DNA from: an uncultured Actinomyces sp.
GTDB taxonomy: Bacteria; Actinomycetota; Actinomycetes; S36-B12
DNA: 33,723 bases
Assembly: GCA_964563825.1 (NCBI GenBank)
Contig: CAZLZC010000006.1
Location: 1 to 33,723 of the forward strand
Direction of reading: 5' to 3'
Position numbers and translations under genes: made by a program. Shown here piece by piece: positions 17,040 to 24,603 of this stretch (positions are counted from its first letter, which is position 1; every line of letters starts with the position of its first letter). A model generated the notes under the pieces. That model was not told where the DNA came from. It searched no databases and saw only the letters and a list, made by a program, of their open reading frames with translations.

Positions 17040-17477
17040 GTGTCCCACCCACATGTGCGCCGAGATCGCGCGCTTGCCGTCGTCGTATCCGGCGCCCTAG
17101 CCGGACTCCTGCTCACCGGCTGCGGCGCTGTCAACGAGGCTGTGTCCCAGGGTCAGCAGGCGCTCGACACCGTGAGCCAGGCCGCAGATGCGGCCGAGGG
17201 CATCATCGGGGCTGGCGCCCAACTCGGCGCGGCCTGTGCCGCCGCCCAGGTTGCCTGGCTGCCCGGTGTGAGTTCTGCTGACGCGTACGCCGCATTGGAC
17301 GAGGCCACCGGGCTCGTCAATGAGGCACTTGCGGCCACCCCCGGCCTGCCTGGTGCCGCGGAGATCGACCAGGCCCTCACCACGGCACGCGAGTCCCTCG
17401 GCGCGGACCAGACCGAGTTCGGCGTGGCACGCGAGACTCTGCAGACCGCCTGCGCGCTCGTGAGCATGGGCAACTGA
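17040..17477 (+). CDS. Ala-rich lipoprotein of unknown function (145 aa)
   Basis: GTG 17040 lies 6 nt after GAGGAG (17028-17033). Lipobox LLTGC-G. Helical Ala/Gln/Glu-rich mature part with two further Cys. TGA is followed 1 nt later by the next ATG. Confidence 0.7.
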   Translation: MSHPHVRRDRALAVVVSGALAGLLLTGCGAVNEAVSQGQQALDTVSQAADAAEGIIGAGAQLGAACAAAQVAWLPGVSSADAYAALDEATGLVNEALAATPGLPGAAEIDQALTTARESLGADQTEFGVARETLQTACALVSMGN

Positions 17478-17478
17478 C

Positions 17479-17712
17479 ATGGACGTCGCACTCTGGGTCT
17501 GGGGAGCGCTGCTCGCGGGCATCCTCGCGATGCTCGCCGTTGACCTCTTCATGCATCGCGACGCCCATGGCATGCTCATGGTGCAGCTCGCGCGCGAGGG
17601 CCGGCAGCGGAGATTCGACTTCTGGCGCTACCTCCCCGGGCGGAGCGGCACCGTCGACGTGCGGGCGACCTCCTCGACCGGCGAGAACTGCCGCGTCAGA
17701 CTGTGCGCTTAG
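17479..17712 (+). pseudogene. Probable TerC-family gene remnant (only the first ~30 codons are TerC-like)
   Basis: MDVALWVWGALLAGILAMLAVDLFMHRDAH matches the characteristic TerC/Alx N-terminus (LW.W.....LA.DL...R.AH). After about nt 17570 the translation loses all membrane-protein character. Only ~290 nt remain before the next gene, whereas an intact TerC needs about 1 kb. Confidence 0.45.
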
Positions 17713-17765
17713 GCATGTGATTCATACACCCATCGAGACCGGATCACCAACGAAGGGACTTCACC

Positions 17766-17966
17766 ATGAAGGACAGCAAGCCGTGGCTGCGAGGCGCACG
17801 ACTGGGCGCAGCGGCGATCCTGGGACTCGGCCTGGTCATGCCGGCCGTCACCGCCTGTTCGTCCTCGTCTGGAGATGAGACGGAGCAGGTGGAGGAAGAG
17901 TCAAGCGACTCCGAGGATGGCGAGGACACCGAGGAAGCCGAGCCCGAGCCCGACATCGAGGAGTAG
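17766..17966 (+). CDS. Mini-lipoprotein with polyacidic disordered mature peptide (66 aa precursor)
   Basis: ATG 17766 preceded by GAAGGGA. Signal peptide with lipobox VTAC-S (Cys31). The 35-aa mature tail SSSSGDETEQVEEESSDSEDGEDTEEAEPEPDIEE has 18 Asp/Glu and no basic residue. Confidence 0.6.
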   Translation: MKDSKPWLRGARLGAAAILGLGLVMPAVTACSSSSGDETEQVEEESSDSEDGEDTEEAEPEPDIEE

Positions 17967-18007
17967 AAGTGGGTGCCTCGCGTCTCTTCCGGTGGCAGGA
18001 TGCGGTC

Positions 18008-18214
18008 ATGACGTCCACTCTCCGACGCGTCGCCGCCACTGCCCTCGCCGCAGGTCTCGTGCTCGTGCCGCTCACCGCGTGCTCGGGCAACCAGCAGCAG
18101 AACGACCAGAACCAGAACCAGAACGACCAAAACCAGAACGACCAGCAGCAGAACCAGAACCAGAACGACCAGCAGCAGAACCAGAACCAGAACGACCAGC
18201 AGCAGAACCAGTAG
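18008..18214 (+). CDS. Mini-lipoprotein with a Q/N/D-only mature peptide (68 aa precursor)
   Basis: ATG 18008 (AGGA 8 nt upstream). Signal peptide MTSTLRRVAATALAAGLVLVPLTA with lipobox Cys25. Mature part SGNQQQNDQNQNQNDQNQNDQQQNQNQNDQQQNQNQNDQQQNQ. Every repeat codon but one ends in G/C (CAG/AAC/GAC, single CAA), which fits this frame in a high-GC genome. Confidence 0.6.
   Translation: MTSTLRRVAATALAAGLVLVPLTACSGNQQQNDQNQNQNDQNQNDQQQNQNQNDQQQNQNQNDQQQNQ
18089..18211. repeat. Trinucleotide-based CAG/AAC/GAC array with perfect 27-nt tandem units
   Basis: Unit cagcagcagaaccagaaccagaacgac at 18143-18169 and 18170-18196, with a partial copy at 18197-18211. Degenerate copies lie upstream from 18089. 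Confidence 0.9.
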
Positions 18215-18233
18215 CCGCGCGGAAGCTCTCCGC

Positions 18234-19823
18234 CTAACGCTTGGTGTCGGCCAACACCTGCTGGCTGGCGAAGCGCCCCGGCGCGCCGATGACGCAGCCA
18301 CCCGGATGGGTGCCCGACCCGCACTGGTAGTAGCCGCGGATCGGCGTGCGGTAGTCGCTGTAGCCCGGGGCGGGTCGGAAGAAGTACATCTGGTGCGGGA
18401 AGAACTCCCCGGCGTAGATGTTGCCTTCTGAGAGACCGGTCTTCGCCTCGATGGTCTCGGGCGTGACGATCTCGCGCTGAAGCACCAGGTCGTTGAAGTT
18501 GGGGAAGAAGCGCTGCATGGTGGCCTGCACGCGATCGGCCATGTTCTCCGCCTGAGCGTCCCAGGTGCTGTCCTTGAGCTTGTACGGCGTGTACATCACG
18601 TAGCAGGACATGACGTGCTTGCCGGGGGGAGCCATGTCGGGGTCGATGAAGGACTGGATCGACGCGTCGATGTAGGGATGCTCGCTGTACCAGCCGTACT
18701 TCGCCGCGTCGTAGGCGCGTTCCATGTACTCCACGCTCGGGGCGACATTGATGAATCCGCCGTACTGGTCGGTGCGATCGCCGAGCGCGGGGTAGTAGGG
18801 GATGCCATCGAGTGCGAAGTTGACCTTGGACGTGACGCCCTGGAAACGGAAGCGCTGGATCGTGTCGACGAGATCTGCCGGCAACTCGCGCGGATCGGCG
18901 ATCTGCAGGAAGGTGCGACGCGGATCGAGCGAGCTCACCACGACGGGGGCCCGGAATTCCGTGCCGTCGTCGAGCACGACGCCACGCACCTCGCCACCCT
19001 CGGTGATGAGGCTGGAGACGTGCGAGTCGAGGCGGATCTCCGCTCCGTACGCCGTCGCCGCGCGCGCGAGCACCTGGGTGAAGCCGCCGTTGCCGCCCTT
19101 GTGGAAGGACCAGGATCCGCCGAGGCCGTCATGCTCGCCCATGGAGAGGTAGAGCCAGTTGATGCCCGACCCAGGCGACATCGGCCCGAGCTTGATGCCG
19201 ACGCACGCGGCCGAGCAGATCGTCGCCTTGATGATGTCGGACTCGAGGTAGTCGTCGACGAAGTCGGAGATGCTTCCCGTGAGCAGGCGGACGGTGTCGT
19301 GCAGGAGCTTCTTGTCGGCATTGCCGAGATGCTTGACGAGCCAGGCCATGCGCTCGGTGTCAGCGGGATCATCGCTGAAGAGATTGGGCGGGATGCTGTC
19401 GAAAAGTGGCCGGATGAACTGCCTTACGCGTGACGTGTCGTGCTCGAAGCGCTCCATGCCATCGACGTCGGCCTTGGAGTGCCGGGCGATCTCCTGACGA
19501 TTGACGGCGGCATCGGGACCGATGAGGAAGTAGTCACCATTGTCCATGGGTGCGAAGTGCGAGCGCATGTAGAGCGGCATGAAGCCGAAGCGCACGAGGT
19601 CGAGCTCCTGGATGATCTCCGGCCGCAGCAGGCTCAGAGCATAGGAGAAAGTCGTGAAGTTGAAGCCTGGGCGGAGTTCCTCGGTGATCGCCGCACCGCC
19701 GACGAGGTGGCGCTGCTCGAGCACGAGCACCCGCTGACCGGCCTGCGCGAGGTAGGCGGCGTTAGTGAGGCCGTTGTGACCTCCACCGATGACGATGGCG
19801 TCGTAGCCGTGTGTATCGCTCAT
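18234..19823 (-). CDS. CrtI/phytoene-desaturase-family FAD/NAD(P)-dependent oxidoreductase
   Basis: N-terminal dinucleotide fold YDAIVIGGGHNGLTNAAYLAQAGQRVLVLEQRHLVGGAA. 529 aa, a length typical of the family. Start is 1 nt after the stop of the upstream GcvT-like gene. Confidence 0.8.
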   Translation of the reverse strand: MSDTHGYDAIVIGGGHNGLTNAAYLAQAGQRVLVLEQRHLVGGAAITEELRPGFNFTTFSYALSLLRPEIIQELDLVRFGFMPLYMRSHFAPMDNGDYFLIGPDAAVNRQEIARHSKADVDGMERFEHDTSRVRQFIRPLFDSIPPNLFSDDPADTERMAWLVKHLGNADKKLLHDTVRLLTGSISDFVDDYLESDIIKATICSAACVGIKLGPMSPGSGINWLYLSMGEHDGLGGSWSFHKGGNGGFTQVLARAATAYGAEIRLDSHVSSLITEGGEVRGVVLDDGTEFRAPVVVSSLDPRRTFLQIADPRELPADLVDTIQRFRFQGVTSKVNFALDGIPYYPALGDRTDQYGGFINVAPSVEYMERAYDAAKYGWYSEHPYIDASIQSFIDPDMAPPGKHVMSCYVMYTPYKLKDSTWDAQAENMADRVQATMQRFFPNFNDLVLQREIVTPETIEAKTGLSEGNIYAGEFFPHQMYFFRPAPGYSDYRTPIRGYYQCGSGTHPGGCVIGAPGRFASQQVLADTKR

Positions 19824-19824
19824 G

Positions 19825-21024
19825 TCAGGCCGTCTTCCTCTCGGGGTTGTAGAACGGCAACGTCGTCACAGTGGCACGCACGTTGATGTATTCGTGGTTG
19901 ACGGTCTGCTCGATGAAGACCTCGCTGCCCGGCTCGGCGTACTTCGGCTTGATGCGGGCGATGCCGATGTGGCGCTGTAGGACGGGGGAGTACATAAAGC
20001 TCGTGGCGTAGCCGATGCGCTTATCCCGATCGTTGTAGATCATCGTTTCCCAGCCGACCGGGATCTCATCGGGCACGGGGATGACGCCGCGGCTGTCGTA
20101 GAGGTTGTAGTAGTCCTGCCATGCGACGGTGATGCCGACCGTGCGCCAGCGTGACGTGCCCTCCAAGCGCTCGCGCATGACGGCGTCGCGGCCGACGAAG
20201 GGCCGCGTGGGATCGTCAATGCCCTTGAGCAGCCAGCCGAGCCCGAGCTCATCCGGCGTAAAGCGCTCGTGCTCGGTGTAGGCGTAGCGGCTCGAGGTGA
20301 ACTCCACTCCAATGAGCGGTAGGCCCGCCTCGATGCGCGTCATGCCCAGGGCTTCTTCGCCGTAGGGGCGCATGCCGTGGGGTCGTCCGGCATCCAGGAG
20401 GGCGTCGAGGACCCGCAGCGCATCTGCAGCGGGAATGAGCATCTCGTAGCCCAGGTCGCCGCTGAATCCGGTGCGACTCACGGTCACGGGCGTCTCGGCG
20501 ATCTTGGTCTCGGCGAACCCGAAGTAGCGGAGCTCAGAGATGTCCGGGGTCAAGGCCTCGAGAATGGCGCGCGATCGCGGACCCTGGATGGCGAGGGAGG
20601 CGAAGTCCTCGCTGCAGTCGACGATCTCAACGTCGAATGGCCGCGCGAGCTGGCGGAAGTAGCCCATGTTGGGCTCGGCTGCAGTGAGCAGGAACTCGTC
20701 AGAGGAGTAGCGGAAGATCACGCCGTCCTCCATGACGTAGCCCGCGTCATCGCACCAGATGGTGTACTGCGCGCGGCCCGGCTTGAGCGTGCGGATGTCG
20801 CGCGCGAAGACGTAGGAGCAGAAGCGCTCCGCATCGCGTCCCCGGATCCAGTACTTGTTGAGTGGCGAGGTATCGAAGAGGCCGGCCGAATTCCGCACAC
20901 CGAAGTACTCGTGCTTGCTGGAGAGGTCGAAGCGGATCGCGGAGAGGTATCCGGCCCAGTTGCCCCACGCCTGTGTCTGGCTGAACTCGGCCAGGCGCGG
21001 GTGGAGCGGTGTCTGCTTGAGCAT
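19825..21024 (-). CDS. GcvT-family aminomethyltransferase (folate-binding) protein
   Basis: Start ATG 21024 preceded by GAGGAGG. MLKQTPLHPRL...GVRNSAGLFDTSPLNKYWIRGRDAERF... is typical of the glycine-cleavage T / DmdA / DMGO C-domain family. Confidence 0.8.
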   Translation of the reverse strand: MLKQTPLHPRLAEFSQTQAWGNWAGYLSAIRFDLSSKHEYFGVRNSAGLFDTSPLNKYWIRGRDAERFCSYVFARDIRTLKPGRAQYTIWCDDAGYVMEDGVIFRYSSDEFLLTAAEPNMGYFRQLARPFDVEIVDCSEDFASLAIQGPRSRAILEALTPDISELRYFGFAETKIAETPVTVSRTGFSGDLGYEMLIPAADALRVLDALLDAGRPHGMRPYGEEALGMTRIEAGLPLIGVEFTSSRYAYTEHERFTPDELGLGWLLKGIDDPTRPFVGRDAVMRERLEGTSRWRTVGITVAWQDYYNLYDSRGVIPVPDEIPVGWETMIYNDRDKRIGYATSFMYSPVLQRHIGIARIKPKYAEPGSEVFIEQTVNHEYINVRATVTTLPFYNPERKTA

Positions 21025-21080
21025 GGTGCCTCCTCGTCGAGCTTCGACCGTCGTCTCGAGACGCGGACGTGAAGCAATGT

Positions 21081-21111
21081 GTGCCGGGCGGCGGGGGGCG
21101 CCGCCCGGCAC
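21081..21111. other. Perfect 13-bp GC-rich hairpin in the divergent intergenic region
   Basis: gtgccgggcggcg (21081-21093), ggggg loop, cgccgcccggcac (21099-21111). Lies 57-87 nt upstream of the GcvT-like start on the minus strand. No gene end is nearby, so it is not an obvious terminator. Confidence 0.5.
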
Positions 21112-21167
21112 GCCGCCCAGCCTAGATTGATATTGGACAAGCGCGCAATAGGCCTTAACGTTCTCAC

Positions 21168-21782
21168 ATGGCCCGGATGAACCCCGAGGAGCGTCGGCTA
21201 GCCATCGTCGCGGCCACCCGTGCGGTGATGGCGCGGCAGGGCATCGCCGCCACGACGGTCCGCGACGTCGCGGCCGAACTCGGCACGTCCAGCGGGCTCA
21301 TCCACCACTACTACTCATCCATGGACAATCTCCTCGCCGAGGCCTTCGAGCAGGTCGCGCGTGAGGACCTCGAGCGTGTGCGTGGCGCTCTTGCTGGCGT
21401 TGATGACGCGATCGGCAGGCTCCGGGTGTTCTTCGATGTCTACGCCCGAGATGATGACCAGGGCATCCAGACCTGGCTCGATGCGTGGTCGGAGGCTGCC
21501 AGGCGCCCCGCGCTGCAGCGCATCTCACGCCGACTCAACGAGGAGTGGCAGGCCCTGCTTGCGAGCATCATCGGCCAAGGGGTGGCCGATGGATCCATGG
21601 CATGCGATGACGTTGATGCGGTGTCCTGGCGAATCCTGTCCCTGCTGGATGGCCTTGCCCTCCAGGTCGTCGCCCACGGCGATGTCATCTCGCTCGGCGA
21701 GGCCGATGCGTGGTCTCGGGCAGGAGCGGAACGCGAATTGGGCCTTCCGAGCGGGGCGCTGAGTCTTGCGCTGACCCGGTGA
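21168..21782 (+). CDS. TetR/AcrR family transcriptional regulator
   Basis: N-terminal HTH RRLAIVAATRAVMARQGIAATTVRDVAAELGTSSGLIHHYYSS. Divergent from the GcvT-like/flavoprotein pair. TAACGT (21156-21161) lies 6 nt before the ATG, suggesting a possible leaderless transcript. Confidence 0.85.
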   Translation: MARMNPEERRLAIVAATRAVMARQGIAATTVRDVAAELGTSSGLIHHYYSSMDNLLAEAFEQVAREDLERVRGALAGVDDAIGRLRVFFDVYARDDDQGIQTWLDAWSEAARRPALQRISRRLNEEWQALLASIIGQGVADGSMACDDVDAVSWRILSLLDGLALQVVAHGDVISLGEADAWSRAGAERELGLPSGALSLALTR

Positions 21783-21789
21783 CGGATCA

Positions 21790-22752
21790 CTAGAGCGGAT
21801 TGCTCCACGCACGATTCCCGTGCTCGTCCACGATGACGACCCGTCGGTAGCGGCGTTCGGCCGCTCCTTCGACGAAGGCCCTCGTGATGAGCCCTCGTCC
21901 GTCCGTTTCCAGGATCTGTCCCATACGACGGCCAGCGCGACCGACCGTGACGCACGCGCCGAACTCCTCCTCAGTCTGGAGGCGAATGGACCTCGCCGGC
22001 GAACACGTGATCTCCATGCCCCCGTCTTGGTCGGAGACGTCGTAGATGCTGGGACCATGCGAGAAGTAGGAAGCCCCGGTCCGCAGGGCATCAAGCACGG
22101 CTGCCGGTGACCTCTCGGCCACGTTGAGCATGGTCCACGCAGTCCCTAGCTCGAAGAGCGGGTAATGCTGGTCATCCGTGGCGATCCCGAAGACCTCCCG
22201 ACCTTCGCCGAGTAGCAGGTCCCACCAGGGTGAAGAGTCGCCGCGCCCACACTCGAGTTCCGCGGAACCGTTGAAGACCTCAATGCCCGTGTATCCCTCC
22301 ATTGCCATCAGTTCCTGCGGGGGAAGCTGGTTCCAGTACGGGTGGGCGACGTAGGTGACCGCTCCTTGGCCAGCAGCCCACTTCGTGCCCTCCGAGAGCG
22401 ATGGGAAGGTTCGGACTTCGTAGTTGTCCTCGTCGCTGAAGTACCAGTTGGATCGATCCCCACCCGGGTCCTCAGGAATTTCGGTCAGGCCGTAGACGAG
22501 GAACTCAGCGGACTGACGTGGATAGGCGGGGGCGATCATGTCGAAACCGAGCTCAGCACCGGGCACCAGGATGACGTCGTCACGTGCGTTGGGCTGTGCG
22601 AGGCGCCAATGATCGGTGATCGCGACGATGTCGAACCCTGCCTCGACATAGGACTGCACGAGCCGATCAGGTCCGAGAGTGCCGTCACTCACGGTCGAGT
22701 GGGTATGGAGTGCTGCCTTCAGCCACTCGCCGTCACTGTGAAATGGGTTCAT
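21790..22752 (-). CDS. PHP-domain (CehA/McbA-like) metal-dependent phosphoesterase
   Basis: Start ATG 22752, 4 nt after the permease stop. ALHTHSTVSDG ... IVAITDHW PHP motifs. The longer ORF to 22989 overlaps the permease gene. Confidence 0.75.
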   Translation of the reverse strand: MNPFHSDGEWLKAALHTHSTVSDGTLGPDRLVQSYVEAGFDIVAITDHWRLAQPNARDDVILVPGAELGFDMIAPAYPRQSAEFLVYGLTEIPEDPGGDRSNWYFSDEDNYEVRTFPSLSEGTKWAAGQGAVTYVAHPYWNQLPPQELMAMEGYTGIEVFNGSAELECGRGDSSPWWDLLLGEGREVFGIATDDQHYPLFELGTAWTMLNVAERSPAAVLDALRTGASYFSHGPSIYDVSDQDGGMEITCSPARSIRLQTEEEFGACVTVGRAGRRMGQILETDGRGLITRAFVEGAAERRYRRVVIVDEHGNRAWSNPL

Positions 22753-22756
22753 GCGA

Positions 22757-23641
22757 TCAACCTCGTCTGAGTCGTGGGTCGAGCGTCTCTTCCAGTGCAT
22801 AGCCAACAAATGTGAATGACAGCGTAACCAGGATGACGCAGACCCCCGGGGGGATGATCCACCACCAGTAGCCGTTGGACATAGCACCGGACTGGAATGC
22901 TTCCTCGATGATCCGGCCCCATGACATCGAGGTGGGATCACCCAGCCCGAGAAGTGAGAGCGTGGTCTCGGAAAGGATCGCGATGGCAACTGTCAGCACG
23001 CCCTGGGCGATGATGATCGGGGAAACCTCTGGCAAGACGTACTTCCCGAGGATCCGAGCGTTCGTGGCTCCGAGGGCCCGTGCCCGCTCAATGAAGGGTT
23101 GTTCCCGCACGGACAATGTCTGAGCCCGCACGAGTCGCGCAGTAAGCGCCCATGACGTGACCGCGATGACGACGATGACGTTGAGCAGGGTCGGTCCGAG
23201 AATGGCCGCTAGGACGATCGCCAGGACCAGCCAGGGGATGACCAGGAACCAGTCGGTCAACGCTGTGAGCGCCGTCCCCAAAGGCCTACCCGCGTAGTAG
23301 CCGGCCAGGATGCCCATGGCAGCGCCAATGATGACGGCCCCGAGCGTCGCAAGGACCCCGACGGTCAAGGAGACGCGTGCACCGACGAGCAGGAGTTGCA
23401 CTACCGATCTCCCGAATAGGTCAGTACCCAAGGGCACAGCAGCGCTGGGGGGCTGAGTGGGCTGGCCGGGTGCGAAAGCGGGATCAATGTCGTCGCTTTC
23501 GACGAGTAGTGGCGCAAGCAGCGCGGCGAGAGTGAAGAAGGCGAGTATCGCAAGGCCGATCATGCCGCGCTTGTTGTGCCGGAAGGCCTGCCAGAACTGG
23601 CTGAGGCTGCGGCGCCGACGGGCCCACGAAAGCGAACTCAT
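22757..23641 (-). CDS. ABC transporter permease, Opp/Dpp C-type
   Basis: 294 aa. N-terminal KRGMIGLAILAFFTLAALLAP, LGTDLFGRSV, and EAA-like loop ERARALGATNARILGKYVLPEV. ATGA overlap with the upstream permease (23638-23641). Confidence 0.85.
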   Translation of the reverse strand: MSSLSWARRRRSLSQFWQAFRHNKRGMIGLAILAFFTLAALLAPLLVESDDIDPAFAPGQPTQPPSAAVPLGTDLFGRSVVQLLLVGARVSLTVGVLATLGAVIIGAAMGILAGYYAGRPLGTALTALTDWFLVIPWLVLAIVLAAILGPTLLNVIVVIAVTSWALTARLVRAQTLSVREQPFIERARALGATNARILGKYVLPEVSPIIIAQGVLTVAIAILSETTLSLLGLGDPTSMSWGRIIEEAFQSGAMSNGYWWWIIPPGVCVILVTLSFTFVGYALEETLDPRLRRG

Positions 23642-24603
23642 GTCGCGTCCACTCGTGGGTCAAGGAATCCGTAGGTGATGTCAGCCACGAGGCTCGCAAC
23701 GATCACCGCCGCGCTGCTGAGAAGGAAAACGCCCTGAAGCACGGGGTAGTCGAGGGTTTGGATCGCCTCGTACGTGAGCAACCCGATGCCCGGCCACGAA
23801 AACACCGTCTCGATCACAATGGCGCCACCCAAGATGAATCCGACGCTGATCACGACGAGCGTGAATATCGGGAGGATGGCATTCGGGACTGCGTGACGGC
23901 GACGGACGTCAGGATCGGTGAGTCCCTTCGCCCGCGCGAGATCGATGTAGGGCTGCGCCTTGACCTCCATCATGCTTGAGCGCATCACGATGAGGAACTG
24001 GCCCACATAGCCCAGGGCGAGGGCCAACACAGGGAGCGCGAGGTGCATGGCGACGTCCGTGGTCCCGCTGCTGGTCGACGACGAGTAGCCCCCCGCCGGG
24101 AACCACCCCAGAAGCCCCGCGAAGAGGATCAGCAGGAGCATCCCCAGCCAACCCTCGGGGGTCGAGTAGAGGACCATCGAGGTGTAGAGGCTTCCCGAGT
24201 CGAATCGACTACCCCGTCGCCATCCCCCGCGGATACCCGCAAGAACGCCGATCCCGGCCGCGAGGATCGTGCCGATCCCCACGAGGAGCAACGTGGGCCA
24301 CATGCGCGACAGGATCAACTCCCACACGGGCAATCCCGAAATCAGTGACACGCCGAGGTTTCCACTAATGGTTTCGCGGACATACACACCAAATTGCGTG
24401 ACGAGTGGCTGATCCAGGCCGAACGCGACCCTCTGCAACTCAAGTGCTTCCGGCGACAGTCTCTGGCTTCGTGCCAGTAGGGCGATGGGGTCGCCCGGCA
24501 TGATGCGAAAGAGGAAGAAGTTCACTGTGAAGATGAAGGCCAGGGTGAGCAGTGCCCAGCCGGTACGGCGGGCAATGAATTCAAGCCTTTCGGAGCGGGT
24601 CAG
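23638..24603 (-). CDS. ABC transporter permease, Opp/Dpp B-type (start codon non-canonical or lost)
   Basis: Conserved N-terminus LEFIARRTGWALLTLAFIFTVNFFLFRIMPGDP extends upstream of the first canonical start (GTG 24525). No ATG/GTG/TTG lies in frame between the upstream stop (24624-24622) and 24525. The end coordinate is given at CTG 24603, which overlaps the SBP stop. The minimal canonical ORF is 23638..24525. Confidence 0.7.
   Translation of the reverse strand: MTRSERLEFIARRTGWALLTLAFIFTVNFFLFRIMPGDPIALLARSQRLSPEALELQRVAFGLDQPLVTQFGVYVRETISGNLGVSLISGLPVWELILSRMWPTLLLVGIGTILAAGIGVLAGIRGGWRRGSRFDSGSLYTSMVLYSTPEGWLGMLLLILFAGLLGWFPAGGYSSSTSSGTTDVAMHLALPVLALALGYVGQFLIVMRSSMMEVKAQPYIDLARAKGLTDPDVRRRHAVPNAILPIFTLVVISVGFILGGAIVIETVFSWPGIGLLTYEAIQTLDYPVLQGVFLLSSAAVIVASLVADITYGFLDPRVDAT

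Noticed and set aside
17875-18237. Alternative + frame through the repeat giving PEPERP/AAEPEPERP repeats
   Set aside because: This frame uses A-ending codons (GAA, CCA) throughout the repeat. It lacks a signal peptide or RBS and begins inside the acidic lipoprotein gene. The Q/N frame has a lipobox signal peptide and G/C-ending codons. I have kept it as the main alternative to test.
17744-18301. 185-aa minus-strand ORF with long poly-Leu/Val tracts (also 17848..18324)
   Set aside because: It is simply the reverse complement of the CAG/AAC/GAC repeat. It has no start context and runs into the end of the convergent flavoprotein gene.
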